From Octopus sinensis (lineage: Eukaryota): 64,000 nt of DNA. The position numbers were made by a program, and so were the translations under genes. Position 1 is the stretch's first letter. Each line of letters opens with the position of its first letter. The DNA is taken from assembly GCF_006345805.1 (NCBI RefSeq), contig NC_043024.1, forward strand, positions 9,486,001-9,550,000, in the 5' to 3' direction. Shown piece by piece: positions 25,272-39,760 of this stretch. Under the pieces are notes generated by a model. That model saw nothing but the letters and a program-made list of their open reading frames with translations, did no database searches and was not told the origin of the DNA.

Positions 25272-25465
25272 GAGAGATATACAGATAATATGTGTGTGTG
25301 TGTGTGTGTGTGTGTATATAATATATATATATATATGTATGTATATATATATATATATATATATAGATATATATGTGCGTGTGTGTGTGTGTGTTGTATA
25401 TATATATATGTATGTATATATATATATGTGTGGTGTGTATATATATATGTATATATATATATATA

Positions 25466-25496
<31 letters not shown>

Positions 25497-25738
25497 TGTG
25501 TGTGTGTGTGTGTGGTGTGTGTGTGTGTATATATATGTATATATATTTGTGTGTGTGTGTGTATATATTATATATGTATATATATATATATATATATGTG
25601 TATATATATATATGTGTGTGTGTGTATATATATGTATATATATTTGTGTGTGTGTGTGTGTGTTTGTGTGTGCATATATGTGTGTATATATGTGTGTATA
25701 TATTATATATGTATATATATATATATATATGTGTGTGT

Positions 25739-25777
<39 letters not shown>

Positions 25778-25790
25778 TATACACACACTG
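25140..25790. repeat. (AT)n/(GT)n compound microsatellite
   Basis: Directly visible. Confidence 0.95.
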
Positions 25791-28700
25791 TACTATAACT
25801 AAATATGTGTGTGCATGTGTAAAATTATATATACATGTTATCCAATATATACTCCTATATTTGCCATGTTGTAGGGGTGGGGCGATATGTCTATAAAAGG
25901 GCTGGATGTTGATAATGAACAGTTTTTAAAGACAAATAATAGAGAGATTCTCTTTAATGTAAATTAATATGGTTTGTGGGTAGGGGTGGGTGGGACAGGG
26001 GTGGAGACGGGTGTCGGTGGGGGTGGGGTGTTTTTCGAAATCTTCACAAAGGCTGAATTCTCTTCATTTTACACTTGTTTGCTCTTTTTTTTTTATTATT
26101 ATTTTGCTTTTGTTGTTGTTGTGGTGGTGATGGCGGGGGTGGGGGAGGGAGTAGAAAATGCCATGGACTGGAGGTGGTAGTAGGAGGGAGGGAGGGAGGG
26201 AGGGAGGGTAGCACAGTTTGGGAAGGTGGGGTGGGGGGGCTTAAATGGCACAGTCACTGGAGAGCAAGAGGGTGGAGTGGGCGGCCAAGGTGTGGTGTTG
26301 AAGGCGGCGGTGGTGATGGTGGTGGTGGGTAAACTTAGGAAGAGGAAGGAATATTACAAGAGAAGCGGGGGGGGTGGGGGGGCTGCATGCATGTGCTGGT
26401 GGTGGTGGTGATTGTTGTCATGGTGATGGTGGTGTTGGTGTTTGTTCTGAATATTCAGGGAGAAATGGACAGGAAGAAAGAAAGAAAGAAAACTATTAAA
26501 ATAGCAGCAGGAGGGCATGGATGGAAGGTGGTGGTGGTGGAGCGAAGAGAAGAGAGTATGAGGATGGGGGTGGTGGGGGCTTCTTTGTTTTTCTTCTTCT
26601 TCTTTCATTTGTCTGCTAAGAAAGTGTTGTTTTTTGTAGAAGACCTAAAAATGGTTTCTTTTGATATAAAAACAAGGAACACAAGATGTACCCAGCATTT
26701 AACCATACACCTTTTTTTTATATTTGTTTCAGTCATTCGACAGTGGCCATGCTGGAGCACTGCCCTGAGTCGAAGAAATCGACCCTAAGATTTATTCTTT
26801 GTAAGCCTAGTACTTATTCTATTGGTCTATCTTTTGCCCGAACCGCTAAGTGACGGGGACGTAAACACACCAGCATCGGTTGTCAAGCGATGGGGGGAGG
26901 ACAAACACAGACACACAAACATACACACATCTATATATATATATATATATATATAGGGAGAGTTTACAGAAAAAAAACAAAAGACGAAGACAGGTGGTGT
27001 ACAAAACAAACAGATGTATTAGTATAACGCTCAGGAATTGAAAAAGTCTTTTACATTCCGAGCCTATGCTCTTCTACAGAAAGGGACACAGAAAAAACAA
27101 GGAGAGAAACAAGGAAAGAAAAAAAAGGAGAGAAAAAAAGGAGAGAGAAAAAGGGAGAGAGAAAAAGGGAGAGAAAAAAAGGAGAGAAAAAATGTGTGTA
27201 GTGGCTAACGATCTATCTTCACGTATATATATATATATTTAATTTCATGCATACATGCATATAAACATGTTTTGTATATACACTCATACTTACAAATATA
27301 CGTATATATAAATATATCATCACCACCATCATTTAACGCCTGTTGTCCATGCTGGCATGGGTTGGACGGTGTGACCAGAGCTGGCAAGCTGGGGAGCTGC
27401 ACCAGATTCCAGTCTGATTTAGCATGGTTTCTACAACTGGACACCCTTCCTAATGGCAACCACTCTGAGTGTGTAATGGGTGCTTTTACATGCCAGTTGC
27501 ATGAAACCAGTATTTGCCATGACTATAATTTCACTTGGTTTGATGGGTCTTCTACTTTAAGCACAGCATATTGCCAAAGGTCTCGGTCAGTTGTCATTGC
27601 CTCTGTGAGGCCTAACGCTTGAAAGCAGCTTTTTATGTGCCCAATGTTCAAAATGTTATTTCTTTATTGCCCACAAGGGGCTAAACATAGAGGGACAAAC
27701 AAAGACAGACACACGGATTAAGTCGATTACATCGACCCCAGTGCATAACTGGTACTTATTTAATCGACCCCGAAAGGATGAAAGGCAAAGTCAATCTCGG
27801 CAGAATTTGAACTCAGAATGTAATAGCAGATGAAATACCTATTTCTATTTCTTTACTACCCACAAGGGGCTAAACACAGAGGGGACAAACAAGGACAGAC
27901 ATAGGTATTAAGTTGATTACATCGACCCCCAGTGCGTAACTGGTACTTAATTTAGCAACTCTGAAAGGATGAAAGGCAAAGTCGACCGCGACAGAATTTG
28001 AACTCAGAATGTAATGGCAGACGAAATACTGCTAAGTGTTTCACCCGGCCTGCTAACGTTTCTGCCAGCTCGCCACCTTGTTCACTCACCAATGTTCAAA
28101 ACGTGCTTTTTATGTCCCACCAGCATGGGTGTAAGTTACATGACACCAGCATCAACCATGACTACGATTTCACTTGGTTTGACGGGTCTCCTCAAGCACA
28201 GCATATCACCAAGGGTCTCGGTCACTAGTCATTGCCTCCACGAGGTCCAACATTTGAAGATCATACTTCACCACCACCACATCCCATGTCTTCCTGGGTC
28301 TACCTCTTCCACAGGTTCCCTCTTCAGTTAGAGATTGGCACTTCCTTACATATATACAACATATATACATATACACATATGCGCGTGTACACACACACAC
28401 ATGTAATGGAGTTTTTATTTTAGTTCCGGTTTCTGTTATGAGGGGCAACATCTTGCCTCTGGAGACTTTAGGCAGTGGGCTGGCCCCTACAGTCCAGCAA
28501 CAAAAACCAGGTTTCTATTACGAGGGGCAATATCTTGTCTCTGGAGACTTTAGGCAGTGGGCTGGCCCCTACAGTTCAGCAACAACAGCTGCCATTCAAG
28601 AATTTGGACCTAGAGATCTCCATTTCCAGTGACTTCAAAGGCCACCTTCCAGTGGTGTTGGGCGTCAACGAAGAGCCCTCGACTACAACAAGACGACCAA

Positions 28701-29151
28701 AGTTTTTTTTTTTTCCAAGGTCTGAGATCTCCTGCACCTAAGCCCAAGACCATCACCTAATCACCCTTACCCGTCTTGTTGCTTAACAACAACAACAACA
28801 ATACATTATAGTTGATAATCCACATGGCTTGTTACAAGTTTTTGAGTCAAACCTTTGCATTTGGAAGAGGAGCAAGAAGGGCTTGTTCCTGCAGGGTTCA
28901 GAGGGCAGGGAGCCTGTGCCGGTGGCACGTAAAAATCACCATCCGACTGTGGCCGTAAAAAGCACCCACTACACTCTCGGAGTAGTTGGCGTTAGGAAGG
29001 GCATCCAGCTGTAGAAACACTGCCAGATCAGACTGGAGCCTGGTGCAGCCTCCTGGCTTCCCAGATCCCCAGTCGAACCGTCCAACCCATGCTGGCATGG
29101 AGAACGGAGGTTAAACGATAATGATGATCATGATGCATGCATGTGTGCAGG

Positions 29152-29183
<32 letters not shown>

Positions 29184-29889
29184 TAGAGAGCACATAAACA
29201 CACATGTACACAACACACACCCACACGCAAACTGTAAGATGATCCCCATATTGTTGTTTAAAGCTCAGCAAATGACAGACATTACCAGTCTAGAGTTTCA
29301 TATTACACAAGTAATGGTGGCTGTGGGGGGGATGGTTGGGGGTTGGGGGTGGAAGTGTGCCTGTTGGAGACAGACAGACAGACAGACAAACAGACTGGCA
29401 GCTGTAGTGAGGCAGGACAGAAAAGAAGTGGGGGGTCTGGGGGGGAGGGGTTAGAATGCCATGGTAGGGGAGGGAAAAGTGCTGCAAATTCAGATGTCAC
29501 CGGAAATATGATTGTGAAGAAATGAATCTACCATGTGTGTATGTGTGTGTGTGTGGGGGGGGAGAGTGGGGGGGTGTTATTGACTTGCTAAAAATAACAG
29601 CCAAATCTCCCTTGAATCACACCATTCTGTACAGAAAAAAATGGGGCATACTGGTTGATATGGTGGGAGATTCCTTGTATATTGAAAAATACAAAAATAA
29701 CCAAAAAAAAAAATTCCCTGCATATAGAGATTGCCACTAATGGAGTGTCTTTGATCATAGATCTGTCAGCTTGCTCATATTTGGCCTAGGGCTAAAACAA
29801 CAACAACACTAGTCTTCTGCATTCAATTCTTCCATAGTAACTTTCTGAAAAACAAATTTCTTTCTCTTTCTCTCCCCCCTCTCTTTCTC

Positions 29890-30110
29890 TTGTAGTAGTG
29901 GTGGTGGTGGTAGTGGTGGTGGTAGTAGTGGTGGTGGTGGTAGTAGTAGTGGTAGTAGCGGTAGTAGTAGTAGTAGTAGTGGTAGTAGTAGTGGTAGTGG
30001 TGGTAGTGGTGGTGGTAGTAGTGGTGGTGGTGGTAGTAGTAGTAGTAACAGTAGTAGTAGTAATAGTAGTAGTAATGGTAGTGGTGGTGGTAGTAGTAGT
30101 AGTGGTAGTA
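29890..30110. repeat. (GTA/GTG)n trinucleotide repeat
   Basis: Directly visible. Confidence 0.95.
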
Positions 30111-30204
30111 AAAGTACAAGTGTTCCAAAATATTAAGATCCTCCCATTCTTCTTCTTCATCTCTCCCATCCCACCAAGCATAATGTTTATTTCTTCTTTT
30201 CTGT

Positions 30205-30221
30205 GCCACCAGGGGGCAGTG
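30205..30221 (+). promoter_or_regulatory. Candidate CTCF-binding motif
   Basis: GCCACCAGGGGGCAGTG closely matches the CTCF core CCACCAGGGGGC(A/G) and lies in apparently non-repetitive sequence; motif match only. Confidence 0.4.
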
Positions 30222-31454
30222 ACTGAGCCATAGTGATACGATATGATATCTACGAACGAACTGCCAACTGCCGTGGGAATTTCGAAGGTGAATATTAATA
30301 GCGTGACCCCTTCACCGACCTGCCCCCTTTGCCTTTTTGTTTCTGGTGTTCTTTTGAAGAAGACACCATGGTGTAGGTTTATGTACAACAGACATATTCA
30401 CAATAACTTATGAGACAACAAATAAAAAAAATACTGCAAGGAACCCCTTCCCCATCCATTGCACCAATTCACCTTCTTGGATTGGTTATTTTGGTTGGTT
30501 GGTCCTCGAAGGATGAAAGGCAAAGATGGCCTTGGTAGGGTCTATTCTGTTTTACTGACAAGGTCGTAATGAGACTGAAACATGCACGGTGTTGTCTCCC
30601 ATGTTTGCTGAAGTAAAATATATATACTCTTTACTCTTTTACTTGTTTCAGTCATTTGACTGCGGCCATGCTGGAGCACCACCTCTAGTCGAGCACATCG
30701 ACCCCTTCCCCATCCATTGCACCAATTCACCTTCTTGGATCGGTTATTTTGGTTGGTCCTGGAAGGATGAAAGGCAAAGATGGCCTTGGTAGGGTCTAAT
30801 CTGTTTTACTGACAAGGTCGTAATGAGACTGAAACATGCATGGTGTTGTCTCCCATGTTTGCTGAAGTAAAAATATATACTCTTTACTCCTTTACTTGTT
30901 TCAGTCATTTGACTGCGGCCATGATGGAGCACCGCCTTTTAGTCGAGCAAATCGACCCCACGACTTATTCTTTGTAAGCCTAGTACTTATTCTATCGGTT
31001 TCTTTTGCCGAACCGCTAAGTTACGGGGACATAAACGCACCAGCATTGGTTGTCAAGCGATGTTGGGGGGACAAACACAGACACACAAACATATACACAC
31101 ACACACACACATATATATATATAAACATATATACGACAGGCTTCTTTCAGTTTCCGTCTACCAAATCCACTCACAAGGCATTGGTCGGCCCGAGGCTATA
31201 GTAGAAGACACTTTGCCCAAGATGCCACACAGTGGGATTGAACCTGGAACCAAGTTGTAACTTTTCAGTTGTCAGCAGATAAAACACATTATTGGGTTTT
31301 TAAGTACAAAATGTAGCAGGGAGAGGGGTGGAGGTGCATTATATTTGACATTGCACTGTAGCTGAGTTAAATTTCTTATCTATATGGTTTGGTTTTGGCA
31401 TTAAAGTGTGAGAGTCTATGTATGTATGTTTGTGTGTGGACGGGGGTTATACGT

Positions 31455-34400
31455 TTTTATTTTGAGATGTTCTGTGTTTCTTTCAATTATTTGAAATATA
31501 ACAAGGAAGTTAGTAAAATAACTTAGTTATCATTCAGCTAGTGTTAGGGACATAAATTGTGACTAAGGTTTGGTGGAAGATTTTAATTCAAAACTTATGA
31601 AAACAAGACATTTGTACTCAGAGCCACAGCCGGTTTCAGCCAGGTTGGTATCAAAAGGGTTAAATTAATCATTTGTTAACCCTTTTGTTATCATATTTCT
31701 GTTGAAATGCTCTGTGTTTCTTCCAATTACTTTAAATATAACAAAGAATTTAGTAAAATAACTTAGTTATCATTCAGCTAGTGTTAGGGACATAAATTGT
31801 GACTAAGGTTTGGTGGAAGATTTTAATTCAAAACTTATGAAAACAAGACATTTGTACTCAGAGCCACAGCAGGTTTCAGCCAGGTTGGTATCAAAAGGGT
31901 TAAATTAATCATTTGTTAACCCTTTTGTTATCATATTTCTGTTGAAATGCTCTGTGTTTCTTCCAATTACTTTAAATATAACAAAGAATTTAGTAAAATA
32001 ACTTAGTTATCATTCAGCTAGTGTTAGGGACATAAATTGTGACTAAGGTTTGGTGGAAGATTTTAATTCAAAACTTATGAAAACAAGACATTTGTACTCA
32101 GAGCCACAGCCGGTTTCAGCCAGGTTGGTATCAAAAGGGTTAAATTAATCATTTGTTAACCCTTTTGTATATATTTCTGTTGAAATGCTCTGTGTTTCTT
32201 CCAATTACTTTAAATATACAAAGAATTTAGTAAAATAACTTAGTTATCATTCAGCTAGTGTTAAGAACATAAATTGTGTCTAAGGTTTGGTGGAAGATTT
32301 TAATTCAAAACTTATGAAAACAAGACATTGTACTCAGAGCCACAGCCGGTTTCAGCCAGGTTGGTATCAAAAGGTTAAATTAATCATTTGTTAACCCTTT
32401 TGTTATCATATTTCTGTTGAATGAAATGCTGTGTTTCTTCCAATTACTTTAAATATACAAAGAATTTAGTAAAATAACTTAGTTATCATTAAGCTAGTGT
32501 TAGGGACATAAATTGTGACTAAGTTTGGTGGAAGATTTTAATTCAAAACTTATGAAAACAAGACATTTGTACTCAGAACCACAGCCGGTTTCAGCCAGGT
32601 TGGTATCAAAAGGGTTAAATTAATCATTTGTTAACCCTTTTGTTATCATATTTCTGTTGAAATGCTCTGTGTTTCTTCCAATTACTTAAATATAACAAAG
32701 AATTTAGTAAAATAACTTAGTTATCATTCAGCTAGTGTTAGGGACATAAATTGTGACTAAGGTTTGGTGGAAGATTTTAATTCAAAACTTATGAAAACAA
32801 GACATTTGTACTCAGAGCCACAGCCGGTTTCAGCCAGGTTGGTATCAAAAGGGTTAAATTAATCATTTGTTAACCCTTTTGTTATCATATTTCTGTTGAA
32901 ATGCTCTGTGTTCTTCCAATTACTTTAAATATAACAAAGAATTTAGTAAAATAACTTAGTTATCATTCAGCTAGTGTTAGGAACATAAGTTGTGACTAAG
33001 GTTTGGTGGAAGATTTTAATTCAAAACTTATGAAAACAAGACATTTGTACTCAGAGCCACAGCCGGTTTCAGCCAGGTTGGTATCAAAAGGGTTAAATTA
33101 ATCATTTGTTAACCCTTTTGTTATCATATTTCTGTTGAAATGCTCTGTGTTTCTTTCAATTATTTGAAATATAACAAGGAAGTTAGTAAAATAACTTAGT
33201 TATCATTCAGCTAGTGTTAGGGACATAAATTGTGACTAAGGTTTGGTGGAAGATTTTAATTGAAAACTTATGAAAACAAGACATTTGTACTCAGAGCCAC
33301 AGCCGGTTTCAGCCAGGTTGGTATCAAAAGGTTAAATTAATCATTTGTTAACCCTTTTGTTATCATTTTCTGTTGAAATGCTCTGTGTTTCTTCCAATTA
33401 CTTTAAATATAACAAAGAATTTAGTAAAATAACTTAGTTATCATTCAGCTAGTGTTAGGGACATAAATGTGACTAAGGTTTGGTGGAAGATTTTAATTCA
33501 AAACTTATGAAAACAAGACATTTGTACTCAGAGCCACAGCCGGTTTCAGCCAGGTTGGTATCAAAAGGGTTAAATTAATCATTTGTTAACCCTTTTGTTA
33601 TCATATTTCTGTTGAAATGCTCTGTGTTTCTTCAATTACTTTAAATAACAAAGAATTTAGTAAAATAACTTAGTTATCATTCAGCTAGTGTTAGGGACAT
33701 AAATTGTGACTAAGGTTTGGTGGAAGATTTTAATTCAAAACTTATGAAAACAAGACATTTGTACTCAGAGCCACAGCCGGTTTCAGCCAGGTTGGTATCA
33801 AAAGGGTTAAATTAATCATTTGTTAACCCTTTTGTTATCATATTTCTGTTGAAATGCTCTGTGTTTCTTCCAATTACTTTAAATATAACAAAGAATTTAG
33901 TAAAATAACTTAGTTATCATTCAGCTAGTGTTAAGAACATAAATTGTGTCTAAGGTTTGGTGGAAGATTTTAATTCAAAACTTATGAAAACAAGACATTT
34001 GTACTCAGAGCCACAGCCGGTTTCAGCCAGGTTGGTATCAAAAGGGTTAAATTAATCATTTGTTAACCCTTTTGTTATCATATTTCTGTTGAAATGCTCT
34101 GTGTTTCTTCCAATTACTTTAAATATAACAAAGAATTTAGTAAAATAACTTAGTTATCATTAAGCTAGTGTTAGGGACATAAATTGTGACTAAAAGTTTG
34201 GTGGAAGATTTTAATTCAAAACTTATGAAAACAAGACATTTGTACTCAGAGCCACAGCCGGTTTCAGCCAGGTTGGTATCAAAAGGGTTAAATTAATCAT
34301 TTGTTAACCCTTTTGTTATCATATTTCTGTTGAAATGCTCTGTGTTTCTTCCAATTACTTTAAATATAACAAAGAATTTAGTAAAATAACTTAGTTATCA

Positions 34401-36932
34401 TTCAGCTAGTGTTAGGGACATAAATTGTGACTAAGGTTTGGTGGAAGATTTTAATTCAAAACTTATGAAAACAAGACATTTGTACTCAGAGCCACAGCCG
34501 GTTTCAGCCAGGTTGGTATCAAAAGGGTTAAATTAATCATTTGTTAACCCTTTTGTTATCATATTTCTGTTGAAATGCTCTGTGTTTCTTCCAATTACTT
34601 TAAATATAACAAAGAATTTAGTAAAATAACTTAGTTATCATTCAGCTAGTGTTAGGAACATAAGTTGTGACTAAGGTTTGGTGGAAGATTTTAATTCAAA
34701 ACTTATGAAAACAAGACATTTGTACTCAGAGCCACAGCCGGTTTCAGCCAGGTTGGTATCAAAAGGGTTAAATTAATCATTTGTTAACCCTTTTGTTATC
34801 ATATTTCTGTTGAAATGCTCTGTGTTTCTTTCAATTATTTGAAATATAACAAAGAATTTAGTAAAATAACTTAGTTATCATTCAGCTAGTGTTAGGAACA
34901 TAAATTGTGACTAAGGTTTGGTGGAAGATTTTAATTCAAAACTTATGAAAACAAGACATTTGTACTCAGAGCCACAGCCGGTTTCAGCCAGGTTGGTATC
35001 AAAAGGGTTAAATTAATCATTTGTTAACCCTTTTGTTATCATATTTCTGTTGAAATGCTCTGTGTTTCTTTCAATTACTTTAAATATAACAAAGAATTTA
35101 GTAAAATAACTTAGTTATCATTCAGCTAGTGTTAGGAACATAAGTTGTGACTAAGGTTTGGTGGAAGATTTTAATTCAAAACTTATGAAAACAAGACATT
35201 TGTACTCAGAGCCACAGCCGGTTTCAGCCAGGTTGGTATCAAAAGGGTTAAATTAATCATTTGTTAACCCTTTTGTTATCATATTTCTGTTGAAATGCTC
35301 TGTGTTTCTTCCAATTACTTTAAATATAACAAAGAATTTAGTAAAATAACTTAGTTATCATTAAGCTAGTGTTAGGGACATAAATTGTGACTAAGGTTTG
35401 GTGGAAGATTTTAATTCAAAACTTATGAAAACAAGACATTTGTACTTAGAGCCACAGCCGGTTTCAGCCAGGTTGGTATCAAAAGGGTTAAATTAATCAT
35501 TTGTTAACCCTTTTGTTATCATATTTCTGTTGAAATGCTCTGTGTTTCTTCCAATTACTTTAAATATAACAAAGAATTTAGTAAAATAACTTAGTTATCA
35601 TTCAGCTAGTGTTAGGAACATAAATTGTGACTAAGGTTTGGTGGAAGATTTTAATTCAAAACTTATGAAAACAAGACATTTGTACTCAGAGCCACAGCCG
35701 GTTTCAGCCAGGTTGGTATCAAAAGGGTTAAATTAATCATTTGTTAACCCTTTTGTTATCATATTTCTGTTGAAATGCTCTGTGTTTCTTCCAATTACTT
35801 TAAATATAACAAAGAATTTAGTAAAATAACTTAGTTATCATTAAGCTAGTGTTAAGAACATAAATTGTGACTAAGGTTTGGTGGAAGATTTTAATTCAAA
35901 ACTTATGAAAACAAGACATTTGTACTCAGAGCCACAGCCGGTTTCAGCCAGGTTGGTATCAAAAGGGTTAAATTAATCATTTGTTAACCCTTTTGTTATC
36001 ATATTTCTGTTGAAATGCTCTGTGTTTCTTCCAATTACTTTAAATATAACAAAGAATTTAGTAAAATAACTTAGTTATCATTAAGCTAGTGTTAAGAACA
36101 TAAATTGTGACTAAGGTTTGGTGGAAGATTTTAATTCAAAACTTATGAAAACAAGACATTTGTACTCAGAGCCACAGCCGGTTTCAGCCAGGTTGGTATC
36201 AAAAGGGTTAAATTAATCATTTGTTAACCCTTTTGTTATCATATTTCTGTTGAAATGCTCTGTGTTTCTTCCAATTACTTTAAATATAACAAAGAATTTA
36301 GTAAAATAACTTAGTTATCATTCAGCTAGTGTTAAGAACATAAATTGTGTCTAAGGTTTGGTGGAAGATTTTAATTCAAAACTTATGAAAACAAGACATT
36401 TGTACTCAGAGCCACAGCCGGTTTCAGCCAGGTTGGTATCAAAAGGGTTAAATTAATCATTTGTTAACCCTTTTGTTATCATATTTCTGTTGAAATGCTC
36501 TGTGTTTCTTCCAATTACTTTAAATATAACAAAGAATTTAGTAAAATAACTTAGTTATCATTAAGCTAGTGTTAGGGACATAAATTGTGACTAAGGTTTG
36601 GTGGAAGATTTTAATTCAAAACTTATGAAAACAAGACATTTGTACTCAGAGCCACAGCCGGTTTCAGCCAGGTTGGTATCAAAAGGGTTAAATTAATCAT
36701 TTGTTAACCCTTTTGTTATCATATTTCTGTTGAAATGCTCTGTGTTTCTTTCAATTATTTGAAATATAACAAAGAATTTAGTAAAATAACTTAGTTATCA
36801 TTAAGCTAGTGTTAGGGACATAAATTGTGTCTAAGGTTTGGTGGAAGATTTTAATTCAAAACTTATGAAAACAAGACATTTGTACTATAGAGCCAGGGCC
36901 GGTTTCAGCTGGGTTGATAATGAAAAGGTTAA
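31455..36932. repeat. 240-bp satellite of about 23 TTAA-flanked (piggyBac-like) MITE units
   Basis: Unit = TTAA-CCCTTTTG..220 bp..CAAAAGGG-TTAA plus the 12-bp spacer attaatcatttg; exact 240 period from about 34280 to 36680. Confidence 0.95.
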
Positions 36933-37106
36933 AGGTTGACTTTATTTTCCATTACTTTGGGAGTCAGTATAATAACTACCAACTAAGCATTGGAGAGTCA
37001 ATGAAACTGACTTTCTTTTCTTCCACCCCACAAATTTAAGGCCTTGTGCTTATAGTAGAAAGGATGATAAAACCCAGCAAAAAAAATTTTCTTTAAAATA
37101 AAAAAA

Positions 37107-38129
37107 GGCGTGAAAATACAATGTTGTATATCTAAGGACAGGTGTGACTGAAGAGCAGGCGTGAGAAAAAGATATGTTTGAGGAGCGGATTTATTGGAGT
37201 GCTCTGTTCACCGACAATGCAGTATTGGATTGCACCAATAATTTGGGTTGGTGCAGTTGAATGAATGAGTGAGTGAATGAATGAATAAAAATGAATGAAA
37301 GTGATGACTCATCCATTACAGAAAGAGAACATGGTGTGAAGGAAACCCACTTCTTCCTCAAGGAAAAGAAAATGAAAAGAAACAGTAAATGTTATAAAAA
37401 AAAAAGGAAACTCTTTTTGTTTTTTTGTATCTGGGGAGAGTCATTTTGGCGTGAAAATACAATGTTGTATATCTAAGGACATGTGTGACTGAAGAGCAGG
37501 CGTGAGAAAAAGATATGTTTGAGGAGCGGATTTATTGGAGTGCTCTGTTCACCGACAATGCAGTATTGGATTGCACCAATAATTTGGGTTGGTGCAGTTG
37601 AATGAATGAGTGAGTGAATGAATGAATAAAAATGAATGAAAGTGATGACTCATCCATTACAGAAAGAGAACATGGTGTGAAGGAAACCCACTTCTTCCTC
37701 AAGGAAAAGAAAATGAAAAGAAACAGTAAATGTTATAAAAAAAAAAGGAAACTCTTTTTGTTTTTTTGTATCTGGGGAGAGTCATTTTGGCGTGAAAATA
37801 CAATGTTGTATATCTAAGGACAAGTGTGACTGAAGAGCAGGCGTGAGAAAAAGATATGTTTGAGGAGCGGATTTATTGGAGTGCTCTGTTCACCGACAAT
37901 GCAGTATTGGATTGCACCAATAATTTGGGTTGGTGCAGTTGAATGAATGAGTGAGTGAATGAATGAATAAAAATAAATGAAAGTGATGACTCATCCATTA
38001 CAGAAAGAGAACATGGTGTGAAGGAAACCCACTTCTTCCTCAAGGAAAAGAAAATGAAAAGAAACAGTAAATGTTATAAAAAAAAAAGGAAACTCTTTTT
38101 GTTTTTTTGTATCTGGGGAGAGTCATTTT
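37107..38129. repeat. 341-bp tandem triplication
   Basis: Units start at 37107, 37448 and 37789 and are near-identical; the duplicate ORFs 37291 and 37632 confirm the period. Confidence 0.95.
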
Positions 38130-38515
38130 CTTTTTGTGCCTTATAATGTAACATGAAAAGGTTGCAAGAAAATTTTAGGAAAATAAAAATAAGTGGAAAT
38201 TTTACTGGTCAGTATGTTACATTATAAGGCACAAAAAGAAAGTTATCTCCCCAGAAAACAGAATATGCTTCAACACGCGAACTCATATAAAGAATCTTGC
38301 AAACCAAATCCCAGAACGAAACTTTCCTTAACTTTCCCTAAAAAAGGCATAAATAATTTTTTTTTTTATTTTACTTCTGCTGTGGGATAGAAAACCCAGC
38401 AAAAATATTGGTAGTCTTTGATCTATAATATGGAGTTTGGTAGTTGAGGGAATTCTTTTCTTTTATTCTTTTACTAGTTTCGGTCATTTGACTGTGACCA
38501 TGCTGAAGCACTGCC

Positions 38516-38909
38516 ATAACACTTTTGTTACTGTATTTATTTTGGGATGCTCTGTGTTTCTTTCAATTACTTTAAATATAAAGAATTTAGTAAAATAACT
38601 TAATCATCATTAAGCTAGTGTTAGAAACATAAATTGTGACTAAGGTTTGGTGGAAGATTTTAATTCAAAACTTATGAAAATAAGACATTTGTACCCAGAG
38701 CGAGAGGCTGTTTCAGCTGGGTTGGTAACGAAAGGGTTAAATATAACAAAGAATTTAGTAAAATAACTTAGTTATCATTAAACTAGTGTTAAGAACATAA
38801 ATTGTGACTAAGGTTTGGTGGAAGATTTTAATTCGGAACTTTTGAAAACAAGACATTTGTACTACAGAACCAGAGGCGGTTTCAACCGCGCTGACCACGA
38901 AAGGGTTAA
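38516..38909. mobile_element. Solo copy plus partial tandem copy of the satellite MITE
   Basis: Same internal sequence as the satellite unit; ends gaaagggttaa at 38740 and 38909. Confidence 0.85.
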
Positions 38910-39267
38910 AGGGTTTTTTAGTTGAAGATATCAACCCCTGGACTTATTCTTTCTAAGCCTAGTACATATTATATTAGTCTTTTTGCTGAACCATTATGGG
39001 GATGTAAACACACCAACATCGGTTGTCAGGCGATGGTAGCTAGACAAGTGCACACACATACATGTATATATATTCTTTTATTTGTTTTAGTCATTTGACT
39101 GCAGCCATGCTGCAGCACTGCCTTTACTCAAACAAATCAACCCCAGGACTTATTCTTTGTATGCCTAGTACTTATTCTATCAGTCACTTTTGCCATGCCG
39201 CTAAGTTACAGGGATGTAAACGCACCAGCATTGGTTGTCAAGTGATGGTGGAGGAACAGACACACAA

Positions 39268-39300
<33 letters not shown>

Positions 39301-39525
39301 CGACAGGCTCCCTTCAGTTTCCGTCTACCAAATCCACTCACAAGGCTTTGGTTGGCCTGAGGCTATAGTAGAAGACACTGTTTCTTCCTGTGTTCCTTTC
39401 AGTCGAAGAGCATAGGCTCGAAACGTAAAAGACTTTTCCTATTCCTGAGCGTTATACTAATACATCTGTTTGTTTTCTACACCACCTGTCTTCGTCTTTT
39501 GTTTTTATTTTTCGTAAACTCTCCC

Positions 39526-39559
<34 letters not shown>

Positions 39560-39719
39560 ATATACAAAATTAGAAAATGGAGAAACATACTTAAATCACA
39601 GTAGATGAATTAATTGCATGGCAATTTTTAACATTTATGTATTAGTATTGTTGGGTACCTCTCTAGCAGTATATTGGATATATGTTATCCATGGTGGGTT
39701 GAATTTTCAACCCCTATCT

Positions 39720-39760
<41 letters not shown>

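Noticed and set aside
31455-36932. Regular repeat array as a possible CRISPR
   Set aside because: 240-bp units with an invariant spacer, no unique spacers and no cas genes, in a eukaryotic context.
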